In this document: piece after piece, positions 33,321 to 43,000 of the stretch
How the letters are laid out: the number at the start of each line of letters is the position of its first letter
Position numbering within the stretch: position 1 is the stretch's first letter
IMG/VR virus record: IMGVR_UViG_3300045684_000050
Location: 1 to 64,000 of that record
DNA from: a virus
Direction: 5' to 3' (one strand)
DNA length: 64,000 nt
The notes under the pieces: model-generated
The model's input: only the letters and a program-made list of their open reading frames with translations
Database searches by the model: none
What the model was told of the DNA's origin: nothing
Program-made: the position numbers and the translations under genes

Positions 33321-34778
33321 TCAAAATGCTACTTTTTGTCTAATGATTTCATTTGCTTTATCTAAAAATTGGGACATCTCATATCCTACCATATTTGCAT
33401 CAAACTTGTTAACACAGTACTGAAGATATTCTGTAGGTATCTCAGTCATCTCAGAGCCTACATGCATCCCAAAATGTACATACCGGTATTCTCCATACTT
33501 CTTATTCAACTCTAACGCTGCTTCCTTCTTACTTTTCTTGTGAAACCTCATCGTAATCATCTCCTTAGTAGTACGTACTCCTCCCATCGGAATATTGCTA
33601 AGTAATACATCTTTGGAAAACACCCCCCAACCATGGCCTGGGAAGTCCTCTATAGTTATATTTTCAAGGTATCCAAATCTCCTAATATTACCACAGAAGT
33701 CTATAGCAAATCCATTCCTCTTATTCATTGAAGGTCTTGTAAGTCTCCCAAGCATCTGATAATATAATGCAAAACTATTCGTTGGCCTACCCATCATTAC
33801 GCAATCTAAATCAGGATGATCAAATCCATAACTGAAGATAGAGTGATTGAAAACTATTTGTATATCACCATGTTTGAAGTTCTCTACTATCTCAGCTCTT
33901 TTCTTAGCAGGTGTGCTTCCACTTATAGCTACAGAATTCTTAAATACTTTTGACATACTATTAGCAGTAGCAACACTATCAACAAATACTAATATGTTCT
34001 TCCTCGATGGCATTAACCTTTTCACATTAGCTATTATTCGTTCATTTACTTTGTTGTCAGCAATAGCTATCTTAATAGATGCATCTGTAAATTCAGATCC
34101 AGTTGAGTTTAATCTCAACGATTGATCATTAAAGTCGTAACCTTCATACTTCATAGCAGCCCAATGATCATGCATTATCTCTTGAATTTGTATGACCCTT
34201 ATTACATGATTAAAGAATCCCGGTTCCATGCGTGTCAAGAAGTTTAACCTTGCACCATCAGCCCCATTAAATAGCCTCACAGGAGTAGCTGTAAATCCTA
34301 TACTAACTTTAGGCTGTAAATCATCCATAAACCTAGTAAACATAGATCCAGGCTCAGGACTATATGATGTGTGGCATTCATCCAATAACACATGCTTTAC
34401 ACCTAAATCCTTAAACATCTTACCCTTATTTTTAATGCTTCCTAGCGTAGCAAATGTTATCCTTGATGCTTTCTTTTTATTTAGAGAGGAACTATAAATA
34501 GATCCTTGACCTCCGAAGCTAAGAAACTTCTCAAAGTTTTGCTTCAATAACTCAACTCTAGGCTGCAAGACTAGTATGGGTTCATCTATTATTTTTGCTG
34601 CACTACCTAATAACAAAGATTTTCCTCCCGCTGTAGGAACCACAATAATGCCTTTGGCATGTTTAGTTCGCTTCTCCTTATTGATAGCAAGATAGTCCTT
34701 TATCTTATCCTCACAGTCTTGCTGATAAGGCCTTAACTTAAACTCTGGTAGTGGGTTAAATAAGTTATGCTTTGTCAT
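33321..34778 (-). CDS. SF2 DEAD/DEAH-box helicase (T5 D10/YejH-like) with a C-terminal FG(K/M)H.G domain
   Basis: VPTAGGKS, LLDECH, GFTATP, FSYGFDHP, QMLGR. Confidence 0.92.
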   Translation of the reverse strand: MTKHNLFNPLPEFKLRPYQQDCEDKIKDYLAINKEKRTKHAKGIIVVPTAGGKSLLLGSAAKIIDEPILVLQPRVELLKQNFEKFLSFGGQGSIYSSSLNKKKASRITFATLGSIKNKGKMFKDLGVKHVLLDECHTSYSPEPGSMFTRFMDDLQPKVSIGFTATPVRLFNGADGARLNFLTRMEPGFFNHVIRVIQIQEIMHDHWAAMKYEGYDFNDQSLRLNSTGSEFTDASIKIAIADNKVNERIIANVKRLMPSRKNILVFVDSVATANSMSKVFKNSVAISGSTPAKKRAEIVENFKHGDIQIVFNHSIFSYGFDHPDLDCVMMGRPTNSFALYYQMLGRLTRPSMNKRNGFAIDFCGNIRRFGYLENITIEDFPGHGWGVFSKDVLLSNIPMGGVRTTKEMITMRFHKKSKKEAALELNKKYGEYRYVHFGMHVGSEMTEIPTEYLQYCVNKFDANMVGYEMSQFLDKANEIIRQKVAF

Positions 34779-34792
34779 TGTATTCTTTGATT

Positions 34793-36307
34793 TTAGATAT
34801 TTTTAACACTTACAGATATATGCTCTCCCAATACAGCATAATGTGCTGCCTTCATCGCATCTACTACACATTGAGTTGCTACTTCATCCAGATCTACTGT
34901 CAATATCTCATCATGCCTTAAACACTTAATAGCATTTAAGGGGAAAGTCCGATCCTTCCCTAAATTAATAACCGCTAACTTTAAAATAACTGAAGCTGTC
35001 CGCTGTACATTGAGACCTATTACTTTCCTGGACAAAATCTTATGCTTATCCATCGCTTCCATAATAACACCCCTCTCCTCTGTATCTCTTTCATGCTTAG
35101 GTATCTTCCAGAAATTATTAGCTTTAGATCTTATTCTTTGATAACCGTCTAACAATTCATCTTTCATGTATTGACCAAGATATCTGCATGTCCAATAATA
35201 ACCCTCTTTGATAGCTACATTGATAAGCTCATTTCTATTCTTAGTAAACTCACAAAGATCATCGATATTTTTATATAAATTATATAGAGACAATGGACTT
35301 ACTTTTATTTTAAATGCTAAACCATCGATTCCCATTCCATTCATCATAGATAATACAGTAATCTTCATCTTATCTCGTTTCGCCTTATGCTTCTCATTCA
35401 TCTCCCCGGGTTGATACTTAACCTTAGACACATAACAATACAAAAATTCATAAAAATCACTATATTCTGACTCTCTAAACACATAAAATATTGGGGGCTT
35501 GAAAATATGCATGTAAATCATTATCTCCTGACTTACATAATCAAAAGACATTATGTTACCATCATAATAGTCAGAACTTAAAGCCTGAATATTAGGTGCA
35601 TAAGTATGAACCCTTCCAGTAATCGAACTATAAGGTTTATGATTAATAGGAATATAGTCACCTATATATGGCTGTATCATTATCCTGTCTGATCGCAACA
35701 AAGAGAATAAAACATATTTGTCAATAGCTTCATCCTTAAATGATCTCAAATTATTAAAAGATAAATCTTCCTGGCCGCTATCAATATCGAAGTAGTTATA
35801 CTTCTTCTTATCAAGATACTTTGTTAATGAAGTCTTTGAAGGAAATGGATTTTTTAACTCTACCATTTTCTTCTCCAACTCAACATACTTCTTTTTTATT
35901 AATTCAGTATTTACAGGAAACTCATGAGCATTTATCCTGTTAAGATAAGAGTGAAATAATGACTCCATATTAATTACCGTCTCAAGCTTCATCGATTTTA
36001 TTATCTTAATCTGTTTATAAAAAACTTCATAAATATGTTTTGGATAGTTTTCCGGCTTATATTTAGGACCAATAGTCTTGTGTAAATATTTCTGAAATAA
36101 AGACCTTAATGTATTACTTTTATGGTAAAATATCACTTTCTCTAATGTCTGTATATCAAGTATTCTAGCATTTACAACCAACTGACAATCATAGCCTATA
36201 ACTGACTTTACACCTTCAGGAATAAATAATTTTTCATCTTTATAGCTATTAGTGCCATCATAATAATAGTACTTAGACTCGAAATAATATATTGCTATTG
36301 AAACCAC
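34793..36307 (-). CDS. polA: Divergent family A DNA polymerase
   Basis: ITGRV.T..PNIQ, motif A SFDYVSQE, motif B RDKMKITVLSMMNG, NVQRTAS, motif C RHDEIL. Confidence 0.75.
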   Translation of the reverse strand: MVSIAIYYFESKYYYYDGTNSYKDEKLFIPEGVKSVIGYDCQLVVNARILDIQTLEKVIFYHKSNTLRSLFQKYLHKTIGPKYKPENYPKHIYEVFYKQIKIIKSMKLETVINMESLFHSYLNRINAHEFPVNTELIKKKYVELEKKMVELKNPFPSKTSLTKYLDKKKYNYFDIDSGQEDLSFNNLRSFKDEAIDKYVLFSLLRSDRIMIQPYIGDYIPINHKPYSSITGRVHTYAPNIQALSSDYYDGNIMSFDYVSQEIMIYMHIFKPPIFYVFRESEYSDFYEFLYCYVSKVKYQPGEMNEKHKAKRDKMKITVLSMMNGMGIDGLAFKIKVSPLSLYNLYKNIDDLCEFTKNRNELINVAIKEGYYWTCRYLGQYMKDELLDGYQRIRSKANNFWKIPKHERDTEERGVIMEAMDKHKILSRKVIGLNVQRTASVILKLAVINLGKDRTFPLNAIKCLRHDEILTVDLDEVATQCVVDAMKAAHYAVLGEHISVSVKNI

Positions 36308-36439
36308 GTATATAAAAAGTTTGTAATATCAAAATTATTTAACTATTTTTGAACCAGTTTATAACACAAGGACACTGCCAAATTCCTGGAGGTCTATGAT
36401 TAAGTTCGTAGACCTTTTTTTAGATAACTTTTTGTGCTT

Positions 36440-36748
36440 TTATACTGCTCCATCCCTTAGCTGTTTAGATATAACATCATTGATTAATATCCTGGCTTGT
36501 TCTTTTATGTAATTTGGCTTATTCCAACCAGTACTCCCAGTTAACTCACGATACACAAGTCTCTCTATTTCTTTTTTCATTATTGACTCAGTATTTTCAG
36601 TGTTAATGTTTTTTATTCGATCAGACAATGCTTCCATCACAAGCCCTCTAATTTCTTTCCTAGCTATGGACATTATTTGCCCTTTTATCATGTCCTTGAT
36701 ATAGTCCCTTAGCTCTTTATCTTCTTTGATGTTTAATGTTAATTTCAT
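36440..36748 (-). CDS. Helical hypothetical protein (102 aa)
   Basis: ATG ORF in the operon. Confidence 0.7.
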   Translation of the reverse strand: MKLTLNIKEDKELRDYIKDMIKGQIMSIARKEIRGLVMEALSDRIKNINTENTESIMKKEIERLVYRELTGSTGWNKPNYIKEQARILINDVISKQLRDGAV

Positions 36749-36762
36749 AATCCTTTTTTTTG

Positions 36763-37686
36763 TTAGATAACTTTTCTTATTGCATCGTTTATGTAGAATT
36801 GGGTGTCAGTCTTTATGATGATATCTGAAGGATCTTTTGCTATGTCACAATGGATAACTTTATCTGTCTTTAGCAACCTGGAGACTACAGTATTATAAAC
36901 CCATCCTGCCGAATCATTATCCCCCCACACTAACCTTATTGGAAATCGTTCTATTAGCTCTGGTGCCATCTTCTCTAATAAGCTGAACATTCCTTCACCT
37001 GAAGTACAGAACGCTTTATACTCATAAGAACAAGCTTCCACACTTACAATATCCTTCATACTTGTAACTGCTATTAGAATATTCCCATTTCTAGGAAGTG
37101 TATCATAGCCTTCTAACTGCCTCATATTTTCATGCCAGAACTTATGAGGTCGATCACCATAAAAATTAAAAGGAGCATAGCCTTTCTTTCCTCCACCTGC
37201 AGGCCAAAAGAAACCAAAATTATCAACACTTGATGTGAAATAGTTTTTAGATAATTTATTAACACTTACTAGTCCTTGGTATTTGTGCCTGTGAAGTAAT
37301 TCCCGAGGAACAAATAAAGACTTAAAATAGTCATAGTGCTCTAACTGTAAAGGCTTCGTTTTAAATGTCAAGGGAATAGAAACATTAGACATTCTCTGCA
37401 TATAACTCCTGGAGTTACTTATCTGTCCATAATTACCGGACTTTATAACTTCCAATGCTTCTTCCCTTGAGCTAACGCCTATCTCCATTTCTGCTACAAA
37501 TCCTATCACATCACTGCCAAAATTTCCTGCATAGCCAAAATCCTTCCAGTATATCCTCTGATTATACATCTTGGTTGAAAAAGAAGGATTATCATCAGAC
37601 CTTCCAGGCAGTGGAGACTTTATTTTCTTACCAATCTGATAATGACTCCCTATATAATGACGATATATAGAAAGCTCGTCAAACAT
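36763..37686 (-). CDS. DNA primase (Toprim; crAss-like type)
   Basis: SPLPGRSDDNPSF...YWKDFG...GDVIGFV N-terminus; TSMKD; WGDNDSAG; KDPSD. Confidence 0.8.
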   Translation of the reverse strand: MFDELSIYRHYIGSHYQIGKKIKSPLPGRSDDNPSFSTKMYNQRIYWKDFGYAGNFGSDVIGFVAEMEIGVSSREEALEVIKSGNYGQISNSRSYMQRMSNVSIPLTFKTKPLQLEHYDYFKSLFVPRELLHRHKYQGLVSVNKLSKNYFTSSVDNFGFFWPAGGGKKGYAPFNFYGDRPHKFWHENMRQLEGYDTLPRNGNILIAVTSMKDIVSVEACSYEYKAFCTSGEGMFSLLEKMAPELIERFPIRLVWGDNDSAGWVYNTVVSRLLKTDKVIHCDIAKDPSDIIIKTDTQFYINDAIRKVI

Positions 37687-38165
37687 TATTTGATTTGAAT
37701 AGTCTTCTTAGGAACAAAGATAGCGTTGAATTTATTCTCAGGATTATCCTTGGCCCACTTCTTAAAGTCTGCTAATTTAATCTTTTCTACTATTTCCTTA
37801 ACTACAAATTCTTTAGGAACTTTATCATAAAAGAAATCAGATCCTTTCCTATATCCAATATTGACTACATCTTTTTTGTATGATTCCATTTCATGGACTC
37901 TAAGATATGTGTCAATATTCATAGAGAACCAATTCAATGAATTCTGAGCAGACTTCTTCATAGCAGTAAGCCTCTTTATCTCTTTGTCTATTGCGTCAAG
38001 TTCATCACTCTTCATCTTGTATACGAAATAGTATCCTCTTATCTTATCTTCTCCGTCTGCAATATTCTTGTCATAAGCTTCTAATAATTCATCAGTTGCT
38101 TCTCCTGACTCTAACAGTTCTACCAATTGTAGAAACTCTTGGTTTATTTCATATAACTTTGCCAT
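37686..38165 (-). CDS. Siphovirus Gp157-family protein
   Basis: MAKLYEI...K...Y......EI.RL...KK pattern. Confidence 0.8.
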   Translation of the reverse strand: MAKLYEINQEFLQLVELLESGEATDELLEAYDKNIADGEDKIRGYYFVYKMKSDELDAIDKEIKRLTAMKKSAQNSLNWFSMNIDTYLRVHEMESYKKDVVNIGYRKGSDFFYDKVPKEFVVKEIVEKIKLADFKKWAKDNPENKFNAIFVPKKTIQIK

Positions 38166-38236
38166 ATTCTTAATTTAATTTAATTGTCAATTATTCATAC
38201 TTATGGATATCATGTCATAAGTAAAGGCTACCATGA

Positions 38237-39397
38237 CTAAAATGGTAAATCCTCATAATCCTGTAATGGTGGTGCATCTTCAGGGAAATTAGTATTCTCA
38301 ACACCTGGAGATTTAAAAACTAATCTATCAGGTCTCACTCTATCTTGCCCTACTGCAGGGGGTGGCTGCATCTGTGGTGGCGGTGGAGCTTGTTGTACCT
38401 GTGGTGGTGGCTGTGGTGGTTGATATTGCTGTACTGGAGGCCCTTGTGGTGGAGCTATCGGTGGTGCTTTAACAGGAGGTGGAAATCCAAAATCATCAGG
38501 CCTGGTAGCTTGTCCAAACCCAGCTTGTGGAGAATCAGGAGGTTTTTGGTATCCACCAACTTGCCTTGAAGGGTCAGTATTGTACGTCTGATTTATCGGA
38601 GGTGGTGGTGCCGGCTGCTGATACTGTTGCGGTGGTGGTGCCGGCTGCTGATACACATGAGCCGGAGGTTGCGGCTGCTGATACTGTTGCGGTGGTGGTG
38701 CCGGCTGCTGATACTGTTGCGGTGGTGGTGCCGGCTGCTGATACTGTTGCGGTGGTGGTGCCGGCTGCTTACCTGTAGTCTGCGGTGCATATTGCTGCTG
38801 TTGTGCATATTCATCATATTCGTTTGGGCCCTTTATGCTTTTCAAAATACTTAGCTTGTGAGCAACATCCTGAGTAAACCAACTATACAATGTAGCATTC
38901 TGCTCCCTATAATCCCAAGTCATCCCTTCATACCCCCTAACCTGTACAGGCGGTGGTAAATTATCTGAAGAATATGCTGGAGTTAACTTACTACCGTCCT
39001 GGAATAAATTTAACCCTACATTCCTTTTTCCATCATTCCCGGTGATATCATAAGGAACAATAGTCATTTCTTTCATAATATCTACGTTCCTAAAAATCTT
39101 AGCAAACCTTTTGCCATATCCACTATCAAAAGGAAATGCCAATGAAATTTTATCACCATCAGACTCCATCCATAACCGGATCTCCATGGCATTAAACTTC
39201 TCGTTATTCTGAACTTTAATATCAGAAATATGAGCACTAATGCTACTGAATGAATAGTAGTACAATATACTACCATCTTTCTTCTTTCTAGTGTTCAACT
39301 GATATTGTGGCTGCTCTGGTTGCTCATTAAATGATTGTGTCAACTTACCATTGTAAAAAGATAAGTAAGATGACGAAGATGCTTGTGTTACCTTCAT
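38237..39397 (-). CDS. Probable single-stranded DNA-binding protein with a long Pro/Gln linker
   Basis: Folded N-terminal ~190 aa, PQ-rich linker, acidic C-terminal tip DYEDLPF; located in the replication cluster. Confidence 0.65.
   Translation of the reverse strand: MKVTQASSSSYLSFYNGKLTQSFNEQPEQPQYQLNTRKKKDGSILYYYSFSSISAHISDIKVQNNEKFNAMEIRLWMESDGDKISLAFPFDSGYGKRFAKIFRNVDIMKEMTIVPYDITGNDGKRNVGLNLFQDGSKLTPAYSSDNLPPPVQVRGYEGMTWDYREQNATLYSWFTQDVAHKLSILKSIKGPNEYDEYAQQQQYAPQTTGKQPAPPPQQYQQPAPPPQQYQQPAPPPQQYQQPQPPAHVYQQPAPPPQQYQQPAPPPPINQTYNTDPSRQVGGYQKPPDSPQAGFGQATRPDDFGFPPPVKAPPIAPPQGPPVQQYQPPQPPPQVQQAPPPPQMQPPPAVGQDRVRPDRLVFKSPGVENTNFPEDAPPLQDYEDLPF
38601..38770 (-). repeat. Coding tandem repeat, 30-bp unit (QPAPPPQQYQ), about 5-6 copies, one degenerate
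   Basis: GGTGGTGGTGCCGGCTGCTGATACTGTTGC repeated on the + strand. Confidence 0.92.
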
Positions 39398-39422
39398 GAT
39401 ATAATTGTGATTTAAAAATTAA

Positions 39423-39965
39423 TTAATTTCCTTCTTTAGTGACTGGATCTTCCTCTTTAATTTCAGGAGACTCAGAAATTACTGCATTTTCTGACTGAAT
39501 ACTGAATTCTTCATGATACTTCATCTTCATCCAGTTAAACATGCATGCAGCTTGCTTCTTAAATGTATTCTCATTCCAAGCTTTACCTACCATCAAATCC
39601 TTAGAATATGACGCTGATAAAGTAATCATTTTAGTGAATTCCTGAAATATCTGCTGTTGAGCTATATACTCAACAGGAATATCCTGTTGGAAAAAGTCAA
39701 ACTTTGTCTTTGTTTTTTCAGTAGGCAGGCCAGGATTACTTATCTCATCCTTCAGCCTATAAAAATAATTATAACCCTCTCGAAGATTATAAATGTTGTG
39801 AAAGTCAGGATGATAGTGCCTAACACTATCTCCGTTTTCAAATTCTACTTGAACTCCATAAAATGTTATATTGGACCCTGTAGGTGTAAAATCTTGCAAT
39901 CTGACTACTTTAGTCAGCTTTGATGTTCGCCATCCATGATAGCGAACTTTTATGTTATTGTTCAT
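39423..39965 (-). CDS. Hypothetical protein (180 aa), first gene of the replication operon
   Basis: Promoter box TATATTTG at 40003-40010. Confidence 0.75.
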   Translation of the reverse strand: MNNNIKVRYHGWRTSKLTKVVRLQDFTPTGSNITFYGVQVEFENGDSVRHYHPDFHNIYNLREGYNYFYRLKDEISNPGLPTEKTKTKFDFFQQDIPVEYIAQQQIFQEFTKMITLSASYSKDLMVGKAWNENTFKKQAACMFNWMKMKYHEEFSIQSENAVISESPEIKEEDPVTKEGN

Positions 39966-40050
39966 GATTAGTTGTGATTTAGTTGTGAATCAATTACAAT
40001 ATCAAATATAACACTTTATAATTAAAAATAAAATTATTTTTAATATTTCT

Positions 40051-43000
40051 TTATTTTTTCTTTTTGGCGACTCTATTTGCTCTAAGGAAATCAAGATATC
40101 TGGAATCATTTTTCACTTTCCTAGCTAGTCTAAATACTTCTTCTTGCCTTTCTTCAGGATCTTTTATGCGTTCTAATGACTTTATATCTTCAGATACATA
40201 TTCATTGAATATATCTGACCAAATTTTTTGTGCATCTCTCTTGGCAGCAGTCTCTAAATAATAGTCACTTGTATTGACTTTCAGTTGAGCTTGAGATCTA
40301 TATTTATATAATTCATAGCTATCAATATCTTTACCATGGATAATTTTATATGCCGGGTTCTTTTCTGCTTCATTCATGTATTGACCCATCCTATCCGCAA
40401 ATGCATCAGGAAAGAAGTAAGTGTCAAAAGTAGTAGGGATTTCATTACCTAAAATATCGTGTCTGGAATCATCATCTTTCTCAAATAACGGTACATTCCT
40501 TAAAAAAGCATTCATAAAGGTTTCATTAAAATCCTCTCCATATAGATTCTGTCTTGGAGTTCCTGCAAACTCTTTATATTGTGTGAACCCTTGTCTATAA
40601 AAACTAGAGAATGTTTGAGCATTTAGTAATCCACCCATCTTAGATGCCAGCCTATTCTTAGCAAACTCTTTATCATTCTGATACCTTCGCTTCTCGTTAT
40701 CGTTCTCTGCTCTTAATATATTTCCATCAGCTTGTTTGATGGCAGTATAAGAATCTACCATATCAATAGCTGCATCAATACCAATTTCAAACCCTTCACC
40801 ATATATATGCTTTAATGCTCCCATAGCAAAAGTCTGTGCCACAATACCTGGACTTACCTCCTGTCCTGTATCAATCTTATCTCCAATAACACCAATCATT
40901 CCTAATGGTGCAGATAATGGCGTTTCAGTCCAATTCAAATGAAAACCTCCTATAGATATCGTGTTTTCTCTGAAATCATTACCAAGTCTATTTCTATTTG
41001 TTGTGTAATCTCTATAACCTTCAGAAGTAATACTTACCATATCCCACCAGTATTTATTCTTTACTGGCTTTAAATTCCCATCCTCATCTTCTTCCCAATC
41101 AAAAGCCATGGCTATTAAACCCAAAGCCATTCCAGTTCCTACTCCAGCCCTTATTCTAAAAGATTCTCTGTCTGCTTTACTTTTACGATTGTCTTTTATT
41201 AAAAGACCAGCTTCATCATTCTTTCGCCATAAGGATGAAAAAGAAAATCCAGGAACTCGCTTTAAATCCTCTAACGATACATTATTAATTAATACCTTTC
41301 CAGAACTAATATCAAAGGATAATCGGTCAATATTTGTGAATTCAGTAAGACCGGCTTGAATAAGTGCTAATGGAGACCAGTTATAACCTAAATATATACC
41401 ATTCCCTACAGTTCTTACAATAGGAGCAAAAGTTATCCTTAATAGTTGATCCGCTATTGCAGCTACAGTACTACCCTTATTTGCCCCTCGTGTAGTAGCT
41501 GTCAATGCATAAGCAATACCTCCACTAAATAATCCATTTACTTGACTATTTAAAACAGACGTTGTTAATGCTCTATCGTGAGCCTCTTTCCGAACACTTC
41601 TTGCAGCAACATTATCTTTACCTAACTTATCGACACTAGCCTGATAGGCTTTTTCCCTATTTTCTAACACTAAACTTTTTTTAATAGTAGCTAATTCACC
41701 TTTTGATAAATTTGGATCTTCTTTTATTATTGCGTTTATCTTGTCATTCAGATCCTTAGTATATTCACCTCCTACTCCTAATGCCGTTTCCATCTCATTA
41801 AAGAATTCAGCATTACCTCTTTTGAAGTCATAATCATACTTCTTCATTACTTGATCATGTGCCTCAATAAATGTAAGTGGCTCAACAGCAAATGTATTCA
41901 AGAATACATCAATAGCTTGTAATGACCTTACCATTATTCCCGGAAGAAATATAGCAGTACCAAATAAACCATTAAGAATAGATTCAGCTTTACCTAATTT
42001 TGTTTTGCCACTAAATTTTTGTAGATGATTAGAGATAAGTTCTTTTCTTGTTTTAGCATCAGGACCCCTCTGCCCAAAGATAAGATCCATACCATGATTA
42101 AGAATTACATCAATACTACTATACCCTTGATCTGGTATCTCCTCATAACTAACTCCAGGAGCTCCTCGCTTGAATGCATCAAAAAATAATTTAGTAGCAG
42201 TTGCTCTAAATAATTCCTTATTATTCTTTTGATATTTTAAGAAATTACCTATCTGACCTCTTAATGCTAATTGAGGTAAAGCTACAAAAGCAGCTTCTAC
42301 TAGGACTAATATTCCGGATGCGGCAACAGCCTTTAATACTGTATTTTGACCAGAAAGAAGATTTATAAATCTGACACCTGTCAATATCTTCATATACCTT
42401 TGCTGCTTACTCTCTTTAGCTTCTCTCATTATAGTATGCAGCTCCCTAGATGCAGCTTCCCTATTTCTAGGGTTTACATCTTCTTCAATTATCTTTGTAA
42501 GATCTGCAGCCCTTTCAACTTCTTCTTCCGTTAATTCCCGAAGACCAAATTTTTCTGCAAATCTCGCAACAATACCTGCATCTGTCATATCACCTATCCT
42601 AATGATATCTCTCATTCTTTCTTCAATAGTAGCTCGCTGTCTATTACTCCTAACACTTGATTTTAACAATCGATTTACTAACTTAATCCTTTTCTCTCCA
42701 ATAACCTTGTGGTAGGTCCCATTTAATACTTCAGCTAAAGCGGTAGCATCAGCTACAGATAGATCCATATCCCTAATTAACGAATCAGTAAGCATTCTTA
42801 CACTAAGATTGCCTTGTTTTACACTCTTTCTCATTATAGCTCCCATGGCTATATTCGAATAGTTCTGTGGCTTAGTACCATAAGGAATATCAATGCCAGC
42901 AGCTTTCAATTGCTCAGGACTCAACTTAGAGATACCATATGTTATAGCACTCATTATCTTTGACCTACTAGCATTAACAAAATTCTGATCAAGACTTAAT

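Noticed and set aside
38345-38854. Several ORFs overlapping the PQ repeat (38345, 38527, 38593, 38627)
   Set aside because: Alternative-frame readings of the 30-bp coding repeat.
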